A stretch of DNA of 62,479 nt, the filler included, from Sphacelaria rigidula (lineage: Eukaryota): NCBI GenBank assembly GCA_964200075.2. It is 10 parts of 10 records of this genome, joined end to end, with 100 filler letters (N's around TTAATTAATTAA, not from the genome) between each part and the next. Parts side by side here need not be neighbours in the genome. Positions count along the whole stretch, not along the records: positions 31,291 to 37,448 come from CAXNAA020021873.1; positions 37,549 to 43,706 come from CAXNAA020021874.1; positions 43,807 to 49,964 come from CAXNAA020021875.1; 7 more parts are not named here. One strand, written 5' to 3'. Made by a program: the position numbers and the translations under genes. This document shows positions 36,001-47,534 of this stretch, piece after piece; positions within the stretch are counted from its first letter, which is position 1, and each line of letters opens with the position of its first letter. The notes beneath the pieces were generated by a model, which was not told the DNA's origin, did no database searches, and saw only the letters and a program-made list of their open reading frames with translations.

Positions 36001-38970
36001 GTGATATTGCATTTTGTGCTCAACTTTGCCAACTATATATTTGATCGTGTTTATGTTTGTCACCCTTGTGTTTTCGCTTGTGCTGCATCACCGAAAATCA
36101 TTTTTGCGATGACCGTTTTTGTTCGGGGAAATACACGATTTTATGGGTTTTGCATATTTTGAATTTTGGGATTTTATTCGCAGTGCATATTCTACACACG
36201 TACAATTACGCGCTTACTGATGCCTATACTTTTTGCATTGGATGATGGAGCCCTTTTCGTACCCTTACTTATATCACAAGTTATGTGTCGAATTCAGTGC
36301 TCGACACAGATCGAGTCAATACGCGACAGGAGTGACAAGACCAGGGCATGCTCTTACCTTCATGTACTCAGTGCTCCCAACTTGTGCTGACCTTACACTA
36401 TGCTACCTTCAGAGTGATGCTGCGATAGGGTCTGCACTTTTGGGGCCAAAACCGGCCTGAGAAAATTTAATATCTGAGAACATTGTGACCTCCGCCCGAA
36501 CCTCAGACTGGAATTATCTCATGGGTCATGGATGCATGTTTCACCCTGAGGCTCTAAGAACTGTAGTGAGAGTTAAAGGTGATTCGACATGCCTAAATCC
36601 CGATTTCCTCTCAGGCCGCAAAAGCGCAGACCCTATCGCAGCATCACTCTTCATCCCAGACCCTTGTCCGAGGTATATGTGTCATCACAAGAGAAACGGC
36701 GCTAAATGCGATGGCGACCGTTCATCCCCCAGCAGGCCACGCCGGGACGCGGAAGCACGGTACATCGAGGACGGTATGTGTCCGCGTTGAATACAATTTA
36801 GGGATTTTCTCGGGTGGGTGATTTCTGTACGTCTTTTGTTTACATGACAGGACTAACTGTTAGGTGTGACTGAACATCGCGTATCTTATCTCATGTTGCC
36901 AAGGGCTAGGATAATCGCTTTCGTAACAGTCGCTCCCGCCTATAACCCATGTTGCGTGCCACGCTTCACTTTGGTGTTGCAGTGTGTATATCTAGCGTGG
37001 ATGCTTCTATGTTTCATTTATTTCATGATGTTGTTTTCGCTGTACCTTCATACTCACGGATAACAACCGTCCTTTCTTGAACTGTGTGGTATGTCAAGGC
37101 CGTATCGCGACTCTATCGTGACAACTCATCGTCGAAATATATGTATCCGGCACAATATCTTGTTACATTACAGTCAACTCATGTGTGCTGTTGATGAAAA
37201 CCTATCCCAGATCTATTCATGGAGTTATTCTTCTATTTGCCATCTTACAGCTCATGCGTTTGGGTTTTGGGGAGGCATGTAATCCTTTGGCTGTACTGTT
37301 CACAAGATTTGAAAAAGATCCGCCCCATAGCGTTTCATGTCTGCTGATGTTGAACCAGATATAGTCGCTTATTGCAGTAATTAACAGGGTTGCCAGAAAA
37401 ATGAGAACGTATTTTGAAATGAGAATCAACCGCTCCCCGGGATTGTGTNNNNNNNNNNNNNNNNNNNNNNNNNNNNNNNNNNNNNNNNNNNNTTAATTAA
37501 TTAANNNNNNNNNNNNNNNNNNNNNNNNNNNNNNNNNNNNNNNNNNNNATACCACGGTATGGGATACCCCGGTAAATACCGGGGGTACGCTCGGTACGGT
37601 ACCTTACCTACGGTGCCTGTGAAGTCTTCGTATCCTGGAAGGCGTATCCTACGTCCAACAACTTGGCAAACATTCTCACGCCGGTTTTGTCAGAGCTACG
37701 GTGATATCCGTTTCATGGAAAACGACCGAGGCAAATTTTGGCGCCACTATCACATCACAGCCGAGGTCGCGCAGCTCTGCACAAGCTAGAAGACCCAAAA
37801 ATATATGCTGCCGAAGGTCCGCTAGGTACCCCTCTGGCCACACGTATCACGTACGTGCGCAGGGTGTTGACGTCCCATTTACTGAATCAATACAGAATGA
37901 TGGCGTTCTTTCACGCACACGTTCTCAACGGCGGCCGGGTTGCTTGTGGCCGCGGACGATGGCGGTACATGCATAGCTTCCCCAAATGCATTGCCCATAC
38001 TATGTGCTGTACACCATCTGAATATTGTGTACAGTAGTACGAAATCCCATAACGTTAGGGGTACTCATCTCTTGGAGTGCCACACAAGGGCTCGATCACA
38101 CGGAGATGGTGCTCTTCTATATATACCCGAAGATGGGCACGGCGATATGGGTGAGGCGCACATCCAAACTGTTCTGTGGTTTGGATCCCAGAAACGGTGG
38201 GCACAGTACTCCTATTGTTGTGAGGCGACTTTGTGTTCGGTATACAGTACTTCATTTTGCTCTACATGTCAGCCTTGGATATAACTCCAATAATATCCCC
38301 TAACGGGGGCTACGTAGATATTTGGAAGCAGTGAAGTTGTCCCGTATCACTGCGTGCCAACATAGACGGAAACTTCATGCGTGGGTCATGTGCAGCGCTG
38401 TGCTTCTAAATGAGGTAGGAGCTACAGACGAGGTATATGCATGGTATTACTTGAGGGAGTATTTGTGCGGTCAGTGGTCCGCATCGTAGCGCGAACAACC
38501 CTAACCCACAATCCACAACCAAGTACCAGCTACACGCAAATATCGCACAGCACAGGCCGACGCATGTTTGCTCTCTGGGACAGAATCAGAATCGTTCGTA
38601 CCTCATTATCATAGATTGCATGATTCTTGGGTTGGAAGTACAAACTAGGGTAGGCACCATTGCACCTAGGAGAGAAGCTGAAGTGGTGGTAGTTGTTAAG
38701 ACAAGACACACGCCTGATTGGTGAGAGGACGCCAGGATCCGACAGTTACGATATCCTATGTATATATTAAGATTATGACCTTCAGCTATGCGTAGCACCT
38801 CTGTTGACGGCAAGTTCCGGGTGCGCTGGTTAGTCACACCCCCTCGACACTGGACGGATGTTAGCGTCCTCTTAAACTCCCGGTAGGTAAAAATTTGCAT
38901 CTTAGTTTCATGTGAATCGCACATGTTCCTGTACTTCGCTGTGTGTCCCGTTCCAAAACCTGTTCCGCTA

Positions 38971-38995
38971 CTGTACTGTACTGTACTGTACTGTA
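38971..38995. repeat. (CTGTA)5 microsatellite
   Basis: Direct reading. Confidence 0.9.
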
Positions 38996-39249
38996 GCGTA
39001 GTTCAACCGTGATCCTACTTGCGGATTTTGTCCGCTACAGCATCACACCTGTACTACAGACAGTTGTTGGACTGTACCGTCTGTCCAAGAGACAGCAGCG
39101 TTTAAACCTATTAATACGGCTACAAGTGCCCATCATGTGGAGGATTCCACTCTGCTGCATTTCACCACGTGTTACGTTTTTCATTGGCACCTAACACACG
39201 CTCACCCTATCTTGCTTCTCGCGACAGATCCAGCACATCGATCTTCAAC

Positions 39250-40602
39250 ATGACGGGCCACGCGCTACTTCGTGCGACCATGTCCCTCACAACCGTTGGC
39301 GCCCTGCTTTCAACGCCGCCTCCATCACGTACTCCATTAGCACCTACACCAAAACGCAATACCGGCATACATCAGCGAGGCGTGTCTTCAAGCTTTCGCC
39401 TTAGTGGCAGCGGCGATGCCCGGGTGTCCAGCGTTAGTAGTGGCATGTTCGATGCTGGCGCTTGGAAAAATATTCCGAAATTTAATCACGATCTAGCACC
39501 CTCTGGGGAGGATGATGCTCATCAAAGTCCAGCTCCCTCCGGTGAGGGTGGTGCTCATGAAGATCCAGCACCCTCTGGGGAGAGTAGTGCTCACATTGAT
39601 ATCGATGTTCACCATCTGCCGACGTTCGTGTTCTTCTCGGAAGGCGGGCAGCGACGGGAAGATATTATAGGTGACAGCAATGCCAGGGCCTGTTGGGCGA
39701 AGCTGGAAAATAAGCTGCTGTCGTTTTGTAGTCCGCACACTGTCGGCACAAGGACAGCCGTCAAACTGACGCCGGGGGCCGCGGATGGTGTGCGTAGCCC
39801 AGAAGCGGGCAACAACGGCGTTGTTATAGCAAGTGATGCGAGTATTGACGATAACATCGGGATACCTTCGGTCGACGATCGTCGAGAAAATCACCATGTA
39901 TCAAACAATGGCAACATTCCATCAATCACGTCACGCGATGAGCTACTTCGCATCGTCACCAGCGGCACAACTGGTGGGACCACAACCGTCGCCGACCAAG
40001 ACTCGGCCGTGGTCGTCGTCATGTACCATGCCCCGTGGTGCCGGAAGTGCGCATACCTTACTCCCATTTTTCGCCGTTTAGCTAAAAAACATGCTGGGAC
40101 AGGATCAGCAGCACCACCCTCTTTTGCTGCCAAGGGCAGCGAGGATGTTTTGTCGTGGACGAAGCGTCTTTTTTTTTGTAGGGTTGATGTCTCGGCTTTG
40201 GGAAGTAAGGGCTATGATCACCCGCGCACGACAGACGATCGAGATCGTGAGCATTCGCCAGTCGGAGAATTCCAAGGAAACATAGGGAGTGGAGCGTCAC
40301 ACAAATCCGGCGATATCACTGCGGCTACTAGCATGAACGAAGGAGGAATTAGCGACTTCACTCGTCTCCGGGAGGGCAGCGAGGATGACGTTAAGATATT
40401 GCATGAAGGGTCGGCGTTAATGCGCGGGTGCCAGGAGTGCGGGGGGACCGGATTTGTACCGTGCGGGGAGTGCGAGGGGAGGGGGGCTGTGGGACGTTCT
40501 AGCCCAGACGGAAAGCAAAAGCTGACCATCACTTGTCCTGCGTGCGTTGGGTACAAGCGATTGCGTTGTCCTGCTTGTGGAGGGCAGTGCTACATGTGCT
40601 AA
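39250..40602 (+). CDS. WCRKC-type thioredoxin-like protein (apparently circularly permuted) fused to a DnaJ-type cysteine-rich zinc finger; probable plastid presequence
   Basis: Longest ORF in the window (open from 39169; first ATG 39250, 450 aa). VVVVMYHAPWCRKC..LTPIFRRLAKKH..LFFCRVDV; upstream VHHLPTFVFFSEGG..EDIIG..KLENKL; C-terminal CQECGGTG/CGECEGRG/CPACVG/CPACGG/CYMC. A candidate splice acceptor at 39227 allows an upstream exon. Confidence 0.85.
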   Translation: MTGHALLRATMSLTTVGALLSTPPPSRTPLAPTPKRNTGIHQRGVSSSFRLSGSGDARVSSVSSGMFDAGAWKNIPKFNHDLAPSGEDDAHQSPAPSGEGGAHEDPAPSGESSAHIDIDVHHLPTFVFFSEGGQRREDIIGDSNARACWAKLENKLLSFCSPHTVGTRTAVKLTPGAADGVRSPEAGNNGVVIASDASIDDNIGIPSVDDRRENHHVSNNGNIPSITSRDELLRIVTSGTTGGTTTVADQDSAVVVVMYHAPWCRKCAYLTPIFRRLAKKHAGTGSAAPPSFAAKGSEDVLSWTKRLFFCRVDVSALGSKGYDHPRTTDDRDREHSPVGEFQGNIGSGASHKSGDITAATSMNEGGISDFTRLREGSEDDVKILHEGSALMRGCQECGGTGFVPCGECEGRGAVGRSSPDGKQKLTITCPACVGYKRLRCPACGGQCYMC

Positions 40603-41047
40603 TAGTGACACGCAGTTTTCCGCTTCAAAATGAGAACTAATGAAATATCACCGTCACATTCAACTATCCATCTGCGGGCGCTCAGAGGGTTCACGAACGG
40701 GTCTCGTTTCACTATCCACCGTCAAGGATTAATTGATTTCTCGAGCTTCGCCCCATGTCATCGGAATGTCAAATTAGACAGCGATGGGATATTGTTCCGA
40801 TCGAAATCGCACAAATTGAGGAGCTGAGGCAGGAATTATACCCAATCTTGCAAAACATCATGTGATCTTCGCGGGAACTCACTTCATTCACGGTGTTCCA
40901 TATATGTGCCCCAGCATTGATGGCACGGCAAAAAGCGCGGTGACACTTTGGCCAGACCAGAATGCTAAAACAATTTCGTTCCTACAAGAGTTCGATGCTC
41001 GCTGCACCATGAGCCACGCCTCATGGGTACAGTGCAGGTTAATGTTT

Positions 41048-41305
41048 CACACGTCGGACGGCTCATGAGCTACCCAAATATTACTTTTATTCTTGGTGTA
41101 CTGATCCGACTATGAGCAGCTCCTTTGGCCCCTTTTTTCCACGTTTGCTCCCTTGAGCGCTGGACGCCAAGCACGCGGAGTAGTACAAAGATAGCGCTAT
41201 GGCTTCTCGGACCCTGCTGTCACGTATGTTGTATTCTTGAACAACGGATCTGAGAATCCTCTTCCATCAGTTGTTTTAGATAGTCCATGAGCTGTCCGAC
41301 GTGTG
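41048..41305. mobile_element. MITE, CACACGTCGGAC TIR family
   Basis: TIR CACACGTCGGACGGCTCATG / CATGAGCTGTCCGACGTGTG. Confidence 0.8.
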
Positions 41306-43868
41306 GAATATTTACTTGATGTTGGACCTCATCCTGGAGACAAATTCACACGGAAAACCTCACCCGTATTGCATTTTCTTCCACATCAGACGATCGGGAT
41401 GCCGTTATGAGTCAGGCTGAGCTTGCCGGGATGTTCTTGTTTTTGTTGGCAAAACGTGGCTCTCGCAAACTGTGTCCCCGTCTCTTCTCGTGGTGGATTA
41501 TACACCCTGATCGACGACGCGTGCTGGCACAGGGTGTCATTCACAACGCCTCCTCACTGATTGCAGATCGAGGGGACCTGAACGTAGCGATCGTCTGACA
41601 CTCGAGCCAGAGTGTTTCCAAGCGATGCGCAGTGGTGATCTGGGGTGACATGACTTAGTCACATCATACTCTCGCAAGATTTCAAGATTGCAAAAGGCTA
41701 TCTCAGTTCATGTGATCGGGCTATCAGGTTCCCTGTCGGGTAGGACCACCCGGGATGAGAGTCCAGTAAGTTTCAAGACCGAGATGCACATTTACGTATA
41801 TATTTATGGAACCGGTAACTGTTTTCTCCATGCCTACATTTGGTGTGCGGCGACGCGCATTGAGACCTTGATAGCAATCGGCCGGGCGCCGAAAAATAAC
41901 ACGGCCAGTCGAATGGCAGCCGCTTGTACGGAGTGCTGGACGGGTTTTCGTAACATAGTTGCAAAAACCCGTCCCATCCGGCCCGACAAAGCTACGTCCC
42001 TTGAGGAGGATTACAGCTGCCATGTTTTGAAGAAACCACACGCGAGGCCCAAAATAATATTTTTATATTTTTGTAACGTGACGCGCACGCTTCTCGCCCT
42101 GGGGCTACCCGGATACAGGGGGCGAAACACAACTAACAACACACAGCAGTTGAGTGAAAACAGCACAAGGACGCACACATGATGTGGGCAAACGACTACA
42201 CATCACGTCCAAGTCGAACACAGCAAGCATATATGCACTGCCCCTCTTGATCATCGCGCGCATGCTACAACGCAGCAGTCATTCGGAAACACCACGAGGC
42301 CGCACACATTATAGAGGCCAACAACTACACATCACCTTTCAAGGTGACCACAGCAATCAGTCACGCACTACCTCTCGTGGCTCTCGCGCGCACAACACAA
42401 CAGCAGATTTGCTAGAACAGCGCAAGGCCGCACACATGATGAGGCAAACAACCAAACAAAAAACACAGCGATCGAGTATGAACTGCCCCTCCTGGCTCTC
42501 GAACTTACCAAGGACGCCCTGAACACTTGCTGCGCCTAGAGAGCGCCAGTGACGTCACCAATCCAACCAAACAATACACAAAAGGATGCAATAACAAACA
42601 ACCAAGAGCTGAAGATAACGATACTATCCGCCATTAAATGACAAAAAAAAACTAAATAATATCCACAGCTCGCCCTACACCCTATGGACACTGATTTCTC
42701 ATATTTTCAAAACGAATGACCACGCATCCCACTTTCTCACTAAATAGCTATCTGAGGCAGTCATACGACGACCTCAACAAAATACAAATATGTGCACACA
42801 CGAGCTGGGCAACATCACGTATCTTAGCCGAGTCGACTACAAACACGGGAAAAGGAAGGCGCTGTTTACTCCGCTGTGGCAGTCATGCGGGACGTACCAT
42901 TACTCAACTGAGGTCGCCTCACAGAGCCAAAAATTACATATCGAAGAAAATGGGAAACGCGAAGCAAAACATCTAAACCACAGATACAGCGGCAAAATAA
43001 GTGAGCAAACGGGGCCGTTCTCCTCTCCATCCCCTCCCATGCCCACTTTGCCGCTTCCGTGTGACATACAACAAACAACCTACAAGTAAGTACCCCTTCT
43101 TATATTTTGGTGAGGAGAGCACGACAGAAAAACACCTAGAGAACCATAAGGCACATCACACACGGGGTACCCGCCGCAGACGCCACATGATTTTCTCAGA
43201 GCTGACATCACATGTCCGGGCACATTGACGCGGCACAGAAGCACCCTGCGAGGATCACGACAAGCGCACACGAGAAGCAAACAACATAATCGACACAGTT
43301 TTCTTGGCCCCTTCCTTCTTCCCTCCCGCGCAAAAAAGATGAGGATGCCAAACCATTTGCATGCCTTCATGTGGTCGCTAGAAAAAAAAAAGAGGAAGTG
43401 AGCAGCGCGTGTGGATCAAAACATGCATGCTACGTTCGAGCTGGGTTTTTATTGGCTTGCTGTCAAAAATATCGTCGGCGGCCTGGGGGAAGTATTTGTT
43501 GTACGGCGCATGTATTTGGGGCTCGACCTTCAACACTACAGGTCAACCCCTCAAACGCCTGGGCCCTAGTTGGACGCTGAAAAGACAACCTTTTCCGGGG
43601 GGGGGGGGGGGGGGGGGGGGCGGAATAGTTGTTTTTTGTGGAGAGACAACGCCTACAAAAAAGAGGCCCTCACCACACATAAAGCGCGTGTTAAACTATT
43701 CCTGCANNNNNNNNNNNNNNNNNNNNNNNNNNNNNNNNNNNNNNNNNNNNTTAATTAATTAANNNNNNNNNNNNNNNNNNNNNNNNNNNNNNNNNNNNNN
43801 NNNNNNGGTATCGCCACTTCCCGAGACAGCCACAGCTTATACACTGCCTCATGGGTGTCTCACCATCA

Positions 43869-43948
43869 GGGGGGGGGCGTACTCATTTGTTGCTTGCCTT
43901 AGTCGTGTGACCATTGACCACGCATCCCTTTCGAGACGGAGCAGGGGG
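43869..43948 (-). mobile_element. Short LINE 3' end flanked by G-runs (C-runs on the element strand)
   Basis: G9-CGTACTCATTTGTTGCTTGCCTTAGTCG..CATCCCTTTCGAGACGGAGCA-G5. Confidence 0.8.
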
Positions 43949-43949
43949 T

Positions 43950-46900
43950 TCAAAGTGCGAAAAAATAAAATGTTATAATAATAGTAATGACTATACCCTT
44001 GCGATTCTCCATGCTGAGCTTCAAATCACAATTCTATAAATGAGCTGGAAAACGGAGATGAGGGCCAAAAACGATGTCTGTTATTCCTTGAAACGCCCCT
44101 AAAAAACGGTGAAAAAAAATGACGAATAAAAAAGACATCTCAATAATAAGCTGTTTTTTTATGTCATGTCCTAGCGATTCCCTACATCGAATTTCGAAGC
44201 ATAAATCTCAGAAACTGATACGCGAACTCCAGATTCGGGGCATTTATTGCCTGTGCTCGTAATATGTTGAGTTTAGCGTCGAATATTTTGTGCGTCATAT
44301 CTCGAGATAGATCATAGTTCGGTGAAGGTAGGGGAATCGATCGCTACCCCCTGCTCAAGGGAAGCCCACACCCAAAATTGCCATCATCCGCCGTATATTT
44401 TGTTCGGGGTTCCACCTAGGCTATAATATAGACCAAATCTCCGCAAGGGATTTTGAGACGGGCGTCAAGTCAACGAGAAACCTTCGGCCCACACTTTCAA
44501 GCACACGGGCATCTTTCCCTGGATCGAACGATTAATATGATGTGCGGATCATGGCCCAACTCGCCGGTGTCTTAGCCCGTGACTGGGCTGGACCAGCTCG
44601 TACCCAGCTGGACAGAGTGTATCATATATGGAGGCCTCGCCACATGTCCTTGGAGGATCTTGTTCAAGCATCTTCTCACTAACATCAAGTAGTTCAATAT
44701 TAATACTAGAATCAATTGACTGAAAATGTTTTACTAGAAACACGTAACTATTGCACTCGACACAAATATCAAGTACGTCCTACACAGTTACACCAAAATC
44801 AAGTCAATAGTACACATCTACCGCTGGGTGCCCCCCCCACCCCCACCCCCTCACTCCCCTCTTGTGCGGGGTGGGAGAACGTCAATCCCGCGCAAAGTGG
44901 ATGGTCATACCGCGTGGTGTTGATATTCTGGGACACCCGTGAGGCAATGTGTACGTCATGGCTGTATGTTGAAATGGCGGACCAGAGAATAAAGCAACAC
45001 ATTGAAGGCTGTCATCCAAATGCACTGTGATCAGCACGCTTCGAGCCGAGCAATCTTAGCACGATGCAGCTCACCCGTCATGAGAGTCGTCGAACACATC
45101 ACGGCGCTTCGCGCTTGGTGATTGATTGCGAGCCTGGTCCGGCATAAAGCCGGCGTGCCCTGTCCTGGCTTTGTAGGAATGCGACTTCAAAAGTCCCATG
45201 AACACGAGCTGGGCCGGCTAAGACGCGAATTTGTGGTTTGCAGGCCCCGCCTCACCTCACTTTTGAGAGATTTACTCTCAAATTTGACACATGGGAAGAA
45301 TTGATCATACTAAAATAAATGTTTTTTGGGAAATATATATATATATATATATATCTCGTGAGATGATGGCAAAAAACAATGCATACTTTTCAAAAAAACG
45401 CCGTCAATTCACGAAAAAAGAGGGGGGAATACTGATTGTCCCGAAAACATATTTTTTCCGTATGCAACGTTCTTCCCCTTCACCAATTTTAAGAGTCCAA
45501 CTCTCAAAATCGAGGTGAGGCGGGACGGTTTGGAAAAAGGACCGGATGAAATTCGGAACAATGTGTTCCAGACCATTTACCGGCCCGGGTTTGGTACTCG
45601 TGTTTCGAGAAATTGTGTGGAACCTCGCTAGCGCATAATGAATAAAAAGAAGTGGGGAAGGTTGATTTTTGTTCCTTTTGGGGACTTTCCTGATCGGACG
45701 ATTATACGATATGCAGATCAACACCCAACTGGTCTATGTCGATGAGATACGACCTGGGCCAGCCCAGAAGCGGATTTGCAGTTTGCAGGCCCATTCGAAC
45801 GCCAATATTTAGACTTAGACCCAAAACATAGGGATATACAGTGAATGGGGCGCAATAAAAACTATGACGCGTGGAACCAAAGTTTTTTTTCTCCATGATT
45901 CCATGGCATTTTTCTGGTACCTGAAAAACGGTTATTGTCCTGAACTCATGAAAGCAAAATCATCTGGACCCCGCACAGTTTTTTTTCATGCCCTGTTGAT
46001 TATCCATACCAATTCTCAGGGTCCAACTCCAAGTGAAAAGTTGCGAATTCGCCTTTTGAAATCCGGGCTGATGGAATTTCCGGGCAGTATTTTGCAGGCC
46101 GTTTACCGGCCCACGTTCGGTGTTTGTGTATTGACCCTTTGAGCGGGACCTCGCTTGGGCATAATGAATCAAGAAAAATGGATCAGGTTGGTTTTGATTC
46201 TTTTTTACTGGTGCAGGACGTTTTAGTATGGTAACGACCATTTTTTACGAGGACGCCCGAACCTCTCTCTCCCGAAAAAAATCAAGGCTATTATTATTTC
46301 ATTTTCAGCATACTTCTGTGGTTCTCGATGCTAAGTTTCAAATCATAATTCCAAAAATAGAGCGAAAACATTGAGAAAAGGCCTATGAGCAGTCTTGATC
46401 TCTCCTTGAAACTCCCCTCAAAAAACAAAAAAAAAACGGAAAAAAAGGTTAAAGTTGTTTTATCTCATGTTATTACACACTAGTGGTTCTCCATACGAAA
46501 TTTCATAGCACAACTCTCCAAAACTGAGACGCGATATCCCAATTCAAGGCATCCAGAGCCTCTGCTCGTAATGTTTGGATTTTGTATGGAAATGTGTGTG
46601 CGCCATATCTCGAGATATATTACGAATTAGGTGAAGGTGAGGGTATCTATCGTCTCCGCGTGCTCCAGGGAATGTGCACACTAAAAATCGCCATCATCCG
46701 CTGAATGTATCGTTGGGGGTTTCATTTAGATTTTAGTGTGGACGCTATCTCGGTAATGTGTAAGAATTACTAGACATTGCGTTTAATCAACGAGAAAAAA
46801 TTGGCCTAGGCTTTTTGGCAAGTGGACACCTTCCGCTTGATGAGACGATCAACACGATATGCGGACCACGGCCCAACTCGTCTGTGTCGATGAGATTTTG

Positions 46901-47230
46901 CTTTGATAGGCTTAAACCTCCTTTTAGGCTGGCCCAGCTCGTAAAATGTATTGTTTCAGGAACCTGAAGCCGTGTCCACGCTGGACCACCACCTACATCT
47001 TTTGGTGGCATGGCCACATGTGCCAGAAAGGCCTCCCTCCGGTGTCCGCACACTAACATCAAGAGCTGCAAGTCTTGGTACTTGCGTGAAGTGCCTAAGA
47101 ATTCACACTAAAACCAAGTCATGACTGCACTCTACACTAATATCAAGTAGTTGATACACAGCCTCAACAAATTCAAGTCAACAACATTCATCTACCGCCA
47201 CGTGCCAATCCCCTGCCCCCCCGCCTTTTT
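43950..47230. repeat. Diverged duplicated non-coding blocks (43950-44860 ~ 46280-47230; 45180-45710 ~ 45720-46230), probably ends of an old DNA-transposon family
   Basis: Shared ordered motifs, e.g. TTCAAATCA.AATTC, CATATCTCGAGATA, GCCATCATCCGC, CAACGAGAAA and AAGTCAA..ACA..CATCTACCGC. Confidence 0.6.
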
Positions 47231-47534
47231 CGGCGATCTTGTAAGAACTGGGACCCCAAACTGGGATACCTACCTGCAAGGTGCGTGCAACCTCCATTTT
47301 GAACCTTGCACAACCAGACCTGTGCCACCCGGGTTGCACGACGTCTGTAACACCCGTACTCCCAGGGTATAGTCACCCGAGAGGTCACCCTTCACGTGTA
47401 ACACGTGTTTTTGACGTGCCTGCGACTTATAGACTGGTGCACGCACGCTTTGAACGTGATTGTTCCACGGCTTGCAACCTGCGGCAACCTGCCCCCCGCA
47501 ACCTAGGTTGCACAAGGTCTATAGTGTCCATTTT

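Noticed and set aside
31291..43706. Functional linkage between the thioredoxin gene and features in neighbouring segments
   Set aside because: Segments are independent contigs joined artificially.
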